Below are positions 1-10,099 of a stretch of 64,000 nt of DNA, in pieces (within the stretch, counting starts at the first letter, position 1; each line of letters opens with the position of its first letter). Location of the stretch: positions 11,769-75,768 of the forward strand of contig JAAXWR010000001.1 in NCBI GenBank assembly GCA_013334825.1, read 5' to 3'. This stretch comes from Candidatus Yonathbacteria bacterium. GTDB lineage: Bacteria > Patescibacteriota > Minisyncoccia > Phycocordibacterales > JACNGX01. Below the pieces are notes generated by a model that had not been told where the DNA came from, ran no database searches, and was given only the letters and a program-made list of their open reading frames with translations. Both the position numbers and the translations under genes were made by a program.

Positions 1-1
1 T

Positions 2-1417
2 ATTGATGAGATTGTGTTAGAAAAAGAAGGTAAGGAGTATCGTCGTGTCGTGGATGTCTTTGATTGTTGGTTTGAATCGGGCTCAATGCCGTTTGCGCAA
101 TTTGGATATCCCGCGCGGAACACAGAACTCTTTACCAAAAATTTTCCTGCTGACTTTATTGCTGAAGGAGTGGATCAGACACGTGGGTGGTTTTATTCAC
201 TTCTCATGCTCGGTGTCGGGCTTTTTGACCATGCGCCGTACAAGCATGTTATCGTGAATGGGCTTATTTTGGCAGAAGATGGTAAAAAGATGAGTAAGAA
301 ACTCAAGAATTATCCGGACCCGATGGATGTGGTCGCACGATATGGCGCGGACGCGCTTCGCATGTATCTGTTGGGCTCACCTGCGACACGAGGAGAGGAA
401 CTTCGTTTTTCAGAGAAGGGTGTTGATGAAGTGTATAAAAAGATAATCGCGCGTCTTGAAAACGTCGTGTCGTTTTATACGCTCTATGCTTCGCGTGATA
501 CACTTGGACAGGACACATCACCATCTACACATGTGCTTGATCGTTGGATTATGGCACGACTGTCAGAGGTGGCACGTGAAGTGACTGAGGCACTTGATGC
601 ATATGAACTTGATCGCGCAATACGTCCTTTCGGTGACTTTGTGGATGATGTGTCTACATGGTATGTGCGTCGTAGTCGTGAACGTATCAAAGACGAGAGT
701 GATGACGCGCGCGTCGCGCTCATGACGCTCCGCACGGTACTCCACGAGACGGCAATACTTCTTGCACCGTTTGCGCCATTTCTTGCAGAGCGTGTATATG
801 CGAACGTGCGCGGAGAAAAAGAGAGTGTGCATCTTGAGACATGGCCCCTCACTTCGCCAATACTCCGCGAGGCAGGCGAACAAGAAAGAGAGACTAACGT
901 AGATATTGTTGGAGATATGCAACGAGTGCGTGATATCGTATCACAAGCGCTTGAAGTACGTAAACGCGAAGGTATCAAAGTGCGCCAACCGCTCGCGACG
1001 CTCTATGTATCTTCGGATGAACTGTTTGTAAAAAATCCTGAACTTGCAGGCATCGTTAAAGACGAATTGAATGTGAAGGAAATCATTGCCGATACAGAGA
1101 AGGCGGAGGAGAGTGTTGCGTATGATATGACTATCACACTGGAGCTTCGCCGTGAAGGGCAGATGCGTGAACTTCTCCGTGCTGTGCAGGATGCGCGAAA
1201 AGCGTCAGGTATGTCGCCCGAGGACCGCGCGACTCTTTCGATTGTCGAAACACAGGGTATCCGCGCGATTGTCGAAGAACACAACGAGACAATCATGAAG
1301 ACAGCACTCCTTGACGACATCACACTCGTCCTGTCACTTGAGGGTGGCGCTTCCGCCGATCTTGGTGATGGAGTATCTGTGGTATTTGTGGTGGAGAAAA
1401 AAGAAAAAAGTAAATAA
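2..1417 (+). CDS. ileS: Isoleucine--tRNA ligase (type 2), 5'-truncated by window edge
   Basis: DVFDCWFESGSMP, FIAEGVDQTRGWFY, KMSKK and WYVRRSR motifs typical of type-2 IleRS. Confidence 0.96.
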   Translation: MDEIVLEKEGKEYRRVVDVFDCWFESGSMPFAQFGYPARNTELFTKNFPADFIAEGVDQTRGWFYSLLMLGVGLFDHAPYKHVIVNGLILAEDGKKMSKKLKNYPDPMDVVARYGADALRMYLLGSPATRGEELRFSEKGVDEVYKKIIARLENVVSFYTLYASRDTLGQDTSPSTHVLDRWIMARLSEVAREVTEALDAYELDRAIRPFGDFVDDVSTWYVRRSRERIKDESDDARVALMTLRTVLHETAILLAPFAPFLAERVYANVRGEKESVHLETWPLTSPILREAGEQERETNVDIVGDMQRVRDIVSQALEVRKREGIKVRQPLATLYVSSDELFVKNPELAGIVKDELNVKEIIADTEKAEESVAYDMTITLELRREGQMRELLRAVQDARKASGMSPEDRATLSIVETQGIRAIVEEHNETIMKTALLDDITLVLSLEGGASADLGDGVSVVFVVEKKEKSK

Positions 1418-1426
1418 AATGAAAAC

Positions 1427-1453
1427 GAGGAGATTAAAAATTAGGAGATTAAA
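1427..1453. repeat. Orphan copy of the AGGAGATT repeat that flanks a four-helix-bundle gene
   Basis: GAGGAGATTAAAAATTAGGAGATTAAA identical to 27448-27474. Confidence 0.8.
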
Positions 1454-1529
1454 CGAAACATGTTAAATAAAAAATAAACAAAGAATTTCGGTGCAGAGTA
1501 CTGATGTGTGAGGAATACCTATAAAAAAA

Positions 1530-1565
1530 TGGCGCAATAACTTTTCGGGAAAAGTTATTGCGCCA
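1530..1565. terminator. Hairpin between convergent ileS and small ORF
   Basis: TGGCGCAATAACTTTT-CGGG-AAAAGTTATTGCGCCA perfect inverted repeat. Confidence 0.65.
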
Positions 1566-1569
1566 GTGC

Positions 1570-1821
1570 TCACTCGTTACGACCTCGAATGAATAGCCAT
1601 ATCGCCAAGAGAGCACACAGAAGCGACATCCCGAAATACATCGAAGATGTTTGGGAAGGGATAACCCCGGTAATCAAAACAGGTGCTACTGCTTGTGACT
1701 GGGAAATCCATGAACCAAGGTACAGGGCGCATGAGCTCGCAATAGCCAGTACTAACCCTCTCAAGGTGTTCATTTTCATTAGTTGTGTATTTTTAGTTTT
1801 GTGAGATGACGGAAAAACCAA
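1570..1821 (-). CDS. Small hypothetical membrane protein (2 TM); true start may be an internal ATG
   Basis: Two hydrophobic stretches; ends at a hairpin. Confidence 0.5.
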   Translation of the reverse strand: MVFPSSHKTKNTQLMKMNTLRGLVLAIASSCALYLGSWISQSQAVAPVLITGVIPSQTSSMYFGMSLLCALLAIWLFIRGRNE

Positions 1822-2063
1822 TTTGATTTATACTATATTGATAATATAAAGTCAATAGTTTCTAAAATATATGCTATTTATTTCTGAGATTTATATCATA
1901 GTAGTGACTTCCGAAAGGATGGTCCTCTTTAAATTGAAAAAAGTGTAGTCTAATAGTATCTCAATATAAACTGTTGGACGAATAGTGGAAAAGAAAAGTA
2001 TAATTCCTACGAACTACGAACTCGCTTTAGTCTCATTCAAACAACTTGAAACTGACAACTCGT

Positions 2064-2633
2064 ATGTACCACATCTACCATACCGAAGGCATCATACTTG
2101 CATCCGTGCCGACAGGGGAATCGGATCGCTTTTTTCATATACTGACACCCGACCTTGGGCTTATCCCCGTTGTTGCGCGTGGCTCGCGCGCGCTTGCCTC
2201 AAAGCTTCGTTATCATCTCGTGGAATATGGACATGTGGGACTCGATCTCGTGCGGGGTAAAGACGTCTGGACACTGACAGGAGTCTTACCGATGGAGGAT
2301 ACGTGTCCTGATGTACGGACTTATCGAGTGATGGCAGACGCATCAGCGTTTCTCAGACGTCTTATTCATGGAAGTGTAGCGTTGCCAGATATGTATACAG
2401 ATGTCCGTACACTTCGCACGCTTGCATCAAAAGTATCAGAAAAAAATATTGATGCGCTTCTTCTTGTGTTTCGTGTGAGAACACTTGCCACTCTTGGGTA
2501 TGGTGCATCTGATGAACTACTCACCCCTCTTATAGTGTCGCCCTTAAATGAAGAAGTGGTGCAGATGACTGCTGCACATGCACCATTCATTCGTGAAGCA
2601 ATCCGTATTGCCCTTGCCGATTCACATCTATAG
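2064..2633 (+). CDS. recO: DNA repair protein RecO
   Basis: MYHIYHTEGIILASVPTGESDRFFHILTPDLGLI...ARG...SKLR matches the RecO N-terminal OB fold. Confidence 0.85.
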   Translation: MYHIYHTEGIILASVPTGESDRFFHILTPDLGLIPVVARGSRALASKLRYHLVEYGHVGLDLVRGKDVWTLTGVLPMEDTCPDVRTYRVMADASAFLRRLIHGSVALPDMYTDVRTLRTLASKVSEKNIDALLLVFRVRTLATLGYGASDELLTPLIVSPLNEEVVQMTAAHAPFIREAIRIALADSHL

Positions 2634-2669
2634 ATGCGCGAGGGGCTTTCTATTTGCTATACTATAATT

Positions 2670-4613
2670 ATGAATAGAGAATTTCATTCAGATATTGAAG
2701 AAGACGCGGGACGTATTGACGAAGTAAAAGAACGTCTATATGGGAAGAATTTTACTTCACGAAAAACATCTCTTCGCCCCGCATTTGGAACTCGTGACGC
2801 AGCACTCCCCTCATCTTGGGAAGGGCGTTCTGACGAAGACACTCCGGCTCCGCGTCCACGCAAAAAAGGATTTGGACTCCGTGTATTTTTTGTTACTTCA
2901 ATTATTTTTTTTATCGTTGCGGCAGGGATTGCTGGTGTTATGTTGATATGGGGAGGGAATGGTGTTTCTTCGGAACGGATTGAGATTGTCGTTGATGGCC
3001 CTGTTTCTGTTGCGGGTGGGGATGAGACAGATTTACATATTAAGATTACGAATAACAATCGAATGCCAATATTAGATGGAAATATGGTGATATCTTTCCC
3101 TTCAGGATTTCATGTGAAAGATACTGAAGGAAATGAAATAACCAGTCAATTTTTCTCCATTGGCGTCCTTGGGGCAGGGGAGACGAGTGAGCAGACACTC
3201 AAGGGAAGGATTTTTGGAGGTGAAGATGAAAGGAAACATATTGCCATTGTCATGGAATATCGTGTAGAAGATTCAAATGCCATATACACAAAAGAAGCAG
3301 GGTATGACATTGTGATTGACGCTGCCCCTATTGCGGTTTCGGTGGACACACTTCAGGAAGTAAATACAGGGCAAGAGACGGAGGTTACGATTACTGTGGT
3401 ATCCAATACAGATACGATTGCGGAAGACCTCGTTCTTTCAGTGGAATATCCTTTTGGTTTTGAACCAAAAACAGCAGACCCGAAACCCTTCTCAGGAACT
3501 ACCTTGTGGCGTTTGGGAGATTTACCTCCAGGAGCAGAACGCACCGTGACTATTCGTGGTATTGTACGTGGACAAAATAATGATGAAAAGACGTTTCGCG
3601 CTTTTGTAGGGCAAGAAGATCCTAAAAATCCAGGAGTATTAGGGGTGCTGTATAATGAAGCAGAAACATTTTTTGTCGTGAAAGACTTATTTCTTGGTGT
3701 AGGACTTTCTTTAAATAGTGAAGTAGATGATACCTACACATTTGGACCAGATACTGTCGTGCGTGGAGTTGTTACGTATACAAATAATCTCTCTGTTCCT
3801 CTGCGCAATGTCTCTATCGAAGTTGAACTTGATGGTGAGGCCGTTGATACATACGCCGTGGATGTACGTGATGGATATTACAATCCAACAACAAGCGTGT
3901 TGGTGTGGGATCGAACAACATACGATGAACTTGCATCTCTTGATGCGGGTGGATCGGGGACATTGTCTTTTTCATTCCGCACGCCCGTGCTTTCGAGTGG
4001 CACAAATGTGTTGGTAAAAAATCCTTCTATTGATGTCCGTGTCAACGTTGCGGGTGTCCGTGAAGGAGAAGAGAATGTAAACGAAGAGAGAGTTGGTGCT
4101 GTTGAACGTACTGTGTACGTTTGGTCAGATATGCATCTTGCGGCGCACGCAGTCTATGGAAATGGTCCTTTTAAAAACACAGGGCCTCTTCCACCTGTTG
4201 CGGGAAAAGAGACAACGTATACGGTTATGATGTCCGCGACCAATTCATCGAATAATCTTTCTGAAGTGACTGTGACGGGCGTGTTACCTCAAGGAGTTTC
4301 ATGGAAAGGTGTCATTGATCCTCTTCACGCAGCGGTCTCGTATAATGAATCGACGCGTAGTGTCACGTGGCGTATTGGACGTATGGAAGCGGGCGCGGGT
4401 ATTGCTGGTGCAGGACCTTCTGTTGCTTTTAGCATCGGACTTGTGCCGAGTACAACACAGATAGGAAGTGTTATTCCTTTAGTGTCCGATATTCGTATGA
4501 CTGGATATGATGAATATGCGCGCACACAAATTAGACAAACGGTACGTGATATCACTACCAATATTGTATCTGATCCTTCTTATACGCAAGGATGGGGGAC
4601 AGTGACTCGATAA
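2670..4613 (+). CDS. Membrane-anchored beta-sandwich repeat protein (DUF11-like), hypothetical
   Basis: One N-terminal TM and repeated Ig-like segments (WRLGDLPPGAERTVTIRG); TGcTATACT lies 6 nt before the ATG. Confidence 0.75.
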   Translation: MNREFHSDIEEDAGRIDEVKERLYGKNFTSRKTSLRPAFGTRDAALPSSWEGRSDEDTPAPRPRKKGFGLRVFFVTSIIFFIVAAGIAGVMLIWGGNGVSSERIEIVVDGPVSVAGGDETDLHIKITNNNRMPILDGNMVISFPSGFHVKDTEGNEITSQFFSIGVLGAGETSEQTLKGRIFGGEDERKHIAIVMEYRVEDSNAIYTKEAGYDIVIDAAPIAVSVDTLQEVNTGQETEVTITVVSNTDTIAEDLVLSVEYPFGFEPKTADPKPFSGTTLWRLGDLPPGAERTVTIRGIVRGQNNDEKTFRAFVGQEDPKNPGVLGVLYNEAETFFVVKDLFLGVGLSLNSEVDDTYTFGPDTVVRGVVTYTNNLSVPLRNVSIEVELDGEAVDTYAVDVRDGYYNPTTSVLVWDRTTYDELASLDAGGSGTLSFSFRTPVLSSGTNVLVKNPSIDVRVNVAGVREGEENVNEERVGAVERTVYVWSDMHLAAHAVYGNGPFKNTGPLPPVAGKETTYTVMMSATNSSNNLSEVTVTGVLPQGVSWKGVIDPLHAAVSYNESTRSVTWRIGRMEAGAGIAGAGPSVAFSIGLVPSTTQIGSVIPLVSDIRMTGYDEYARTQIRQTVRDITTNIVSDPSYTQGWGTVTR

Positions 4614-4666
4614 CACGTAGTGCATGCACTGTTGTCGGCATGTAGTTTTTTTGATATTGTGGTTAT

Positions 4667-6046
4667 ATGAATACACAAAAAACGATGGAAGATATTGTCG
4701 CATTTGCAAAACGTAAAGGATTCGTGTTTCAAGGATCTGAGATATATGGAGGTGCTGCGGGGTTGTATGATTTTGGTCCACATGGAGTGGAACTCTTGAA
4801 CAATATCAAAGCTTCATGGTGGAAAACGAATGTCCATGATAAACAGCAGTATTATGGACTTGATTCTGCCATGTTTAAAGACCCGCGTGTGTGGGAAGCG
4901 TCGGGACATGTGGGAGGATTTTCAGACCCGCTCGCGGAATGTCGGACTTGCAATACACGTATTCGTGTTGATAAAGAACTTGAACGTATTGGTGTTCATG
5001 CAGATGAAAAAATGAGTGAAGGAGATATTAACGCACTATTTACTCAACACAAAGCGAGCATTTCTTGTCCCAAATGTGGGGGACATGATTTTACAGATGC
5101 ACGTGCGTTTAATCTGCTTGTGAAGTCAAATCTTGGAGATTTTACATCCAAAGGTGATAATCCTGTGTATTTACCAGGAGAAGCGTGTCAGGGTATTTAT
5201 CTCAATTATAAAAATGTTGTTGACTCTATGCATCCGAGTATACCATTCGGTATTGCGCAAATAGGGAAGGCGTTTCGCAATGAGATTTCACCGCGTAATT
5301 TTTTGTTTCGTACTCGTGAATTCGAACAAGCGGATACGCAGTATTTTGTTCGTCCGCATGAAAATAAAGATGCATATGAAACAATTAAAAAAGACCGCTG
5401 GCAGTGGTATCTGTCGCTTGGTATTGATGAAAGCCATTTGCGCTGGAAGCAACATGAGAACCTTGTATTTTATGCTTCAGATGCGTGGGATATTGAGTAT
5501 GACTTTCCTACGTATGGGTTTGATGAAGTGGAGGGTATTCACGATCGTACCGATTATGATTTAACCCAACATACCAAGTATTCTGGTACTGATCTTTCGT
5601 ATAATGATAATGGTGAAAAATTTATTCCGTGGATTTTGGAAACATCGATGGGACTTGGTCGTGTGTTTCTCGCGGTATTGTCCGAGGCGTATGATGTTGA
5701 TGAACTTGGAGGGGAAGCGCGTACTGTCCTCCGCTTGCCGGGGCATGTAGCACCGGTTAAAGTTGCTGTTTTTCCTCTTGTCAAAAATAAGCCAGAGCTT
5801 GTGGAGAAAGCACGTGGAGTCTATAGCGAACTCAAGAAACATATTTCGACGGTTGCGTGGGATGATAATGGTAATGTAGGGAAGCGCTATCGGAGACAAG
5901 ATGAAATAGGAACTCCCTATTGCGTCACAATCGATTATGACACACTTGAGTCAGACACCGTAACCGTACGTGATCGCGATACAGGAGAGCAGATACGGAT
6001 GCCGATTGCGGAACTTGCATCATATATTGCTGAAAACATAAAGTAG
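4667..6046 (+). CDS. glyQS: Glycine--tRNA ligase (alpha2 type)
   Basis: YDFGPHG, WEASGHV, GIAQIGKAFRNEISP, FRTREFEQ, GKRYRRQDEIGTP. Confidence 0.96.
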   Translation: MNTQKTMEDIVAFAKRKGFVFQGSEIYGGAAGLYDFGPHGVELLNNIKASWWKTNVHDKQQYYGLDSAMFKDPRVWEASGHVGGFSDPLAECRTCNTRIRVDKELERIGVHADEKMSEGDINALFTQHKASISCPKCGGHDFTDARAFNLLVKSNLGDFTSKGDNPVYLPGEACQGIYLNYKNVVDSMHPSIPFGIAQIGKAFRNEISPRNFLFRTREFEQADTQYFVRPHENKDAYETIKKDRWQWYLSLGIDESHLRWKQHENLVFYASDAWDIEYDFPTYGFDEVEGIHDRTDYDLTQHTKYSGTDLSYNDNGEKFIPWILETSMGLGRVFLAVLSEAYDVDELGGEARTVLRLPGHVAPVKVAVFPLVKNKPELVEKARGVYSELKKHISTVAWDDNGNVGKRYRRQDEIGTPYCVTIDYDTLESDTVTVRDRDTGEQIRMPIAELASYIAENIK

Positions 6047-6057
6047 AAAGAAAAAAG

Positions 6058-6100
6058 ACACAATACCACGGTGGGCTAAATGCCCACCGTGGTATTGTGT
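6058..6100 (+). terminator. Long hairpin after glyQS
   Basis: ACACAATACCACGGTGGGC-TAAAT-GCCCACCGTGGTATTGTGT, 19-bp arms. Confidence 0.65.
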
Positions 6101-6157
6101 GAGTGGCGTCTTTCTGGTATGGTGCGTAAAGAGAATGTTCAATCAACCAATTGAGAT

Positions 6158-6592
6158 ATGTGGAAAAGATACCAAGAGAATACGTGGCTTCACTACGTTG
6201 ATGCTCTCCGTGAAAAAGCTGATATCGTTGATGTTGTACGGAGTGAACATATCAAGATAAAAAAGTGCGGGAAGGATTGGCTTGGGTGTAGTCCATTTAA
6301 TCGGGAACAGAAACCCTCATTTCGTGTTTCTCAAGAGAAACAGATATTCAAATGTTTTTCTACAGGGAAAGGAGGTAATGTGTTCACATTTTTTATGGAA
6401 ATACGAAAGTGTACATTTAGTGAGGCTGTGGCTATGATTGCGAAGATGTATCATTTTGGATACGTACAGTGGAAGGACGAAAAGAAGAAACGTCCTGGTG
6501 GGACAGAACACCTCCATCATTCCACGGCGACCTCTCAGAACGCATGTCTTGGTCAAAAGATCCACGATGAAGACGATGACTTACCATTTTGA
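6158..6592 (+). CDS. Stand-alone CHC2 zinc-finger-like (primase N-terminal) domain protein with acidic DDDLPF tail
   Basis: DIVDVV...IKKCGKDWLGCSPFN-EQKPSFRV...FKCFSTGKGGNVFTF...FSEAV matches zf-CHC2; no Toprim domain. Confidence 0.8.
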   Translation: MWKRYQENTWLHYVDALREKADIVDVVRSEHIKIKKCGKDWLGCSPFNREQKPSFRVSQEKQIFKCFSTGKGGNVFTFFMEIRKCTFSEAVAMIAKMYHFGYVQWKDEKKKRPGGTEHLHHSTATSQNACLGQKIHDEDDDLPF

Positions 6593-6857
6593 AAGAAAGG
6601 CGCCAAAAGTGGCGCCTTTTTGTACCCGACATGTTTTCAAAGAGCACATATGCTATTTGAAGCACGTCGCATTAAACGGGAGCGATTCCATTCCGACATC
6701 GCGGGATGTTTTGGTGCGGGAATGGCGCGACTGCACTCAGGAAGATGCGGATAGCATATGAGCTGAGTGCCCCCTTAGAGTTAAGCATATCTGAAACATG
6801 CAGTATGTCAACATATGTCCGCTTGTTCGTATGCTTTAGCACGTGTATGATTGTAGT

Positions 6858-7922
6858 ATGTCTGAAAAACATATCTCCATATCCATCACAACGGGAACGA
6901 TTGTGCATGCGATGCTTATCGGCATACTCTTTTGGCTTGTGTATGTGCTTCGCGATATCGCGCTTGTTGTTCTCTCGGCTGTCGTGATTGCTTCTGCTAT
7001 GGAGCCTGCAATCAAGTGGTTTGGAAGCTTTAAGATTCCACGTGTCGCAGGTGTCCTTCTTACCTATGCGATTGTATTTTTTATTTTGGGCGGTGTGGTG
7101 TATCTTTTTATCCCACTGTTTATCGAACAACTAGGTAATGTAGCAGGACTTCTTCCCAAATATCTTGATATGCTCAGTTCGTGGACGGCGTCACCCGAAG
7201 CTACGGTGTATGCACCCAAGAGCCTTGTGGGTGATTTGTCGGATACGTTTTCTGTAGCAAAATCGATTGAGGCAATGCGCATGTCAATGACATCTGCGAC
7301 GGGGGATATGTTTCATCTCGCAGGGACAGTCTTTGGGGGAGTATTTGGATTTATCTTGGTTGTTGTTCTTTCGTTTTATCTTGCGGTACAAGAGCATGGT
7401 GTTGAGGATTTTCTTCGTTTTGTTGCGCCAGCAAAATATGAACCATATATTGTTGGATTGTGGAAACGTTCTCAAGCAAAAATAGGTAAATGGATGCAGG
7501 GGCAACTTCTTCTCGGTGTACTTATTGGTGTGTTGGTGTATCTCGGACTTACGATTCTTGGTGTAGAGTATGCGCTTGTACTCGCGCTTATCGCCGCAGT
7601 TGCTGAGCTCATCCCGATATTTGGCCCTATCATTTCTGCAGTACCTGCAATTGCCATTGGCTTTCTTGACAGTATGACATCAGGTCTTGTGATTACGGGA
7701 CTCTACGTCATTATTCAACAGTTTGAAAATCATCTGATTTATCCACTTGTGGTGCGTAAGGTTGTGGGAGTACCACCTATTGTATCCATTCTCGCTCTTG
7801 TTATCGGAGGAAATCTCGCGGGATTTGTAGGCATGCTTCTTTCTGTTCCTATTGCGACAGTTATCATGGAACTCATGGATGATATGTATGAACGTAAACG
7901 TTCTCTGCTTACCACTAAATAA
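6858..7922 (+). CDS. AI-2E family transporter (PerM-like)
   Basis: Multi-TM; ELIPIFGP, IQQFENHLIYP, GMLLSVP motifs. Confidence 0.9.
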   Translation: MSEKHISISITTGTIVHAMLIGILFWLVYVLRDIALVVLSAVVIASAMEPAIKWFGSFKIPRVAGVLLTYAIVFFILGGVVYLFIPLFIEQLGNVAGLLPKYLDMLSSWTASPEATVYAPKSLVGDLSDTFSVAKSIEAMRMSMTSATGDMFHLAGTVFGGVFGFILVVVLSFYLAVQEHGVEDFLRFVAPAKYEPYIVGLWKRSQAKIGKWMQGQLLLGVLIGVLVYLGLTILGVEYALVLALIAAVAELIPIFGPIISAVPAIAIGFLDSMTSGLVITGLYVIIQQFENHLIYPLVVRKVVGVPPIVSILALVIGGNLAGFVGMLLSVPIATVIMELMDDMYERKRSLLTTK

Positions 7923-8027
7923 CATTGGAAAAACTATAAACGATAAAAAGAAAAAACTATAAACGATGAAATAAGAAAAGAGAAATATGGGAAGAGAAAA
8001 CTATAAATGATAAAAATAAAGAAGTTA

Positions 8028-8092
8028 TATTCGTATATTCGTACACATTCGTTATTCGTAACCGTTCTTGAAACTTGAAACTTGAAACTCGT
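8028..8092. repeat. Composite orphan repeat (TATTCGT units + CTTGAAA units)
   Basis: TATTCGTATATTCGTACACATTCGTTATTCGTAA followed by (CTTGAAA)x3; recurs at ~24072, 29080, 30180, 32733, 34012, 34290, 38804. Confidence 0.8.
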
Positions 8093-8135
8093 CCATATTG
8101 TCTCGCCTGGCATTTAGGTTTATAGTGGAGAGACT

Positions 8136-9584
8136 ATGCCACACAATAAACCTTTTTATATTACTACCACGCTTCCGTATGTGAACGCCGATCCACATGT
8201 CGGTTTTGCAATGGAGATTATTCGCGCTGATGCTGTTGCGCGATACAAGACACTTCGTGGGTATGATGTATTCTTTAATACAGGCACTGATGAGCACGGG
8301 ATGAAGATGGAACGTGCAGCACGTGATGCGGGCAAGACACCACAAGCGTATGTGGATGCCTACGCGGAACGGTTTCGCGGACTCATTGACCTTCTCGGTA
8401 TTTCACCTGATGTACACTTTATTCGGACAACAGATGAACATCATATGCATGCCGCACAGGCATTTTGGAAGTTGTGTGCGGACAATGGATATATTTATAA
8501 AAAAGAATATGAAGCGAAATATTGTGTTGGGTGTGAATTAGAAAAAACTGACTCTGAATTGGTTGATGGACGATGTCCCGAACATCCAAACAAAGACATT
8601 GAGATTATTAAAGAAGAAAATTACTTTTTTAAATTTTCTGCATTTCAAGAGAAACTTCTTGCCTTGTATGAAGCGCGACCTGATTTTGTTCGTCCTGACG
8701 TACGTTTTAATAATATTAAAAAATTTGTTGAAGGGGGATTGCAAGATTTTAGTATTTCACGGTTGAAAGAAAAAATGTCATGGGGTATTCCTGTCCCTGG
8801 AGATGATGCACATGTGATGTATGTGTGGTTTGATGCACTGGTTAATTATGTTTCAACGCTCGGTTGGCCAGAAGATACAGAAACATTTTATAGATATTGG
8901 GGAGAGGGAAATCCCGTGCAGTATGCGGGCAAAGACAATCTCCGCCAGCAATCTGCTATTTGGCAGGCGATGCTTATGGCAGCAGGACTCCCTAATACAT
9001 ATACCGTCGTGATTGACGGATTTATCACGGGTGGCGGAGGAGTAAAGATGAGTAAATCACTCGGTAATGTGGTGAATCCGTATGATGTTGTGAGTGCGTA
9101 TGGAACAGATGCGCTCCGCTATTTCCTTTTGCGTCATGTGCACCCATTTGAGGATTCTGATTTTACCATGGAGCGATTTGCTGATGATTATACCGCTCAT
9201 TTAGTGAATGGACTGGGAAATCTTACGAATCGTATTCTCAAGATGAGTGAGACGTATGTTGACGAACCCGTACCTGTCATCAAGAAAAGACTCGAAGATT
9301 TTCCTACCTATTGTGAATCTGCCGATATGTTTGAATGGCATAAGGTTGCTGATAGTGTATGGGAAAAAGTGGGTGCAGCTGATGCACGTATTCAAGAATC
9401 TGAACCATTCAAACTGGTAAAGACTGATCCCGAAAAGGCAAAAAAGATTGTCGTGGAACTTGTGCAAGAACTTTCTGATATTGCCGTGCTTCTTGCGCCA
9501 CTTCTTCCTGAAACTGCACGCAAGATAGAGGAGGGGATTGCAAAGAATAAAAAACCAGAGTTACCACTTTTCGCGAGAAAGTAA
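8136..9584 (+). CDS. metG: Methionine--tRNA ligase (short form, no C-terminal tRNA-binding domain)
   Basis: FYITTTLPYVNADPHVG, GTDEHG, YVWFDAL, KMSKS. Confidence 0.96.
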   Translation: MPHNKPFYITTTLPYVNADPHVGFAMEIIRADAVARYKTLRGYDVFFNTGTDEHGMKMERAARDAGKTPQAYVDAYAERFRGLIDLLGISPDVHFIRTTDEHHMHAAQAFWKLCADNGYIYKKEYEAKYCVGCELEKTDSELVDGRCPEHPNKDIEIIKEENYFFKFSAFQEKLLALYEARPDFVRPDVRFNNIKKFVEGGLQDFSISRLKEKMSWGIPVPGDDAHVMYVWFDALVNYVSTLGWPEDTETFYRYWGEGNPVQYAGKDNLRQQSAIWQAMLMAAGLPNTYTVVIDGFITGGGGVKMSKSLGNVVNPYDVVSAYGTDALRYFLLRHVHPFEDSDFTMERFADDYTAHLVNGLGNLTNRILKMSETYVDEPVPVIKKRLEDFPTYCESADMFEWHKVADSVWEKVGAADARIQESEPFKLVKTDPEKAKKIVVELVQELSDIAVLLAPLLPETARKIEEGIAKNKKPELPLFARK

Positions 9585-9588
9585 TGTT

Positions 9589-10099
9589 TACGAATAACGA
9601 ATGTTTACGAATATACGAATAATATTTCTTAATATAAAAGTATAAATGAAAAATCTTATAAAAAAAGAAATTCTCTATCCAGAGCTTAGTTATATTATTA
9701 TGGGCTGTTTATTTAATGTTCATAATGAGATTGGGTCAGGACACAAAGAGAGAATCTACGAGAGGGCGGTTGCTGAAGCTTTTATAGAGAGAGGGCTCTC
9801 TTTTAAGGAACAAGTATACGTCCCTGTTATTTTTCATGATAAGTATGTGGGTAAATATTTTCTCGATTTTCTGGTCGATGGGAAAATTGTTGTTGAATTA
9901 AAAGCGGGCGATCAATTTCTGAAGAAAGATACAGATCAGATATTGAGATATTTGCAGATACATAATATTTCATTAGGTATTCTTGCGCGTTTTACATCTC
10001 GTGGAGTAATTGCAAAAAGGATAATACACATAAAATAATTTTTTATTTTGTAGAGGTAACATAGGTAATTCGTATATTCGTAAACATTCGTTATTCGTA
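9589..10099. mobile_element. GxxExxY cassette bounded by a perfect 32-bp inverted repeat
   Basis: 9589-9620 TACGAATAACGAATGTTTACGAATATACGAAT is the reverse complement of 10068-10099. Confidence 0.7.
9646..10038 (+). CDS. GxxExxY protein (PD-(D/E)XK-like nuclease fold)
   Basis: GSGHKERIYE motif, DFLVDGKIVVELK, QILRYL. Confidence 0.92.
   Translation: MKNLIKKEILYPELSYIIMGCLFNVHNEIGSGHKERIYERAVAEAFIERGLSFKEQVYVPVIFHDKYVGKYFLDFLVDGKIVVELKAGDQFLKKDTDQILRYLQIHNISLGILARFTSRGVIAKRIIHIK

Noticed and set aside
846-890. Possible repeat-derived in-frame insertion in ileS (LTSPILREAGEQ)
   Set aside because: Only vague resemblance to the palindromic repeats; cannot be supported without an alignment.
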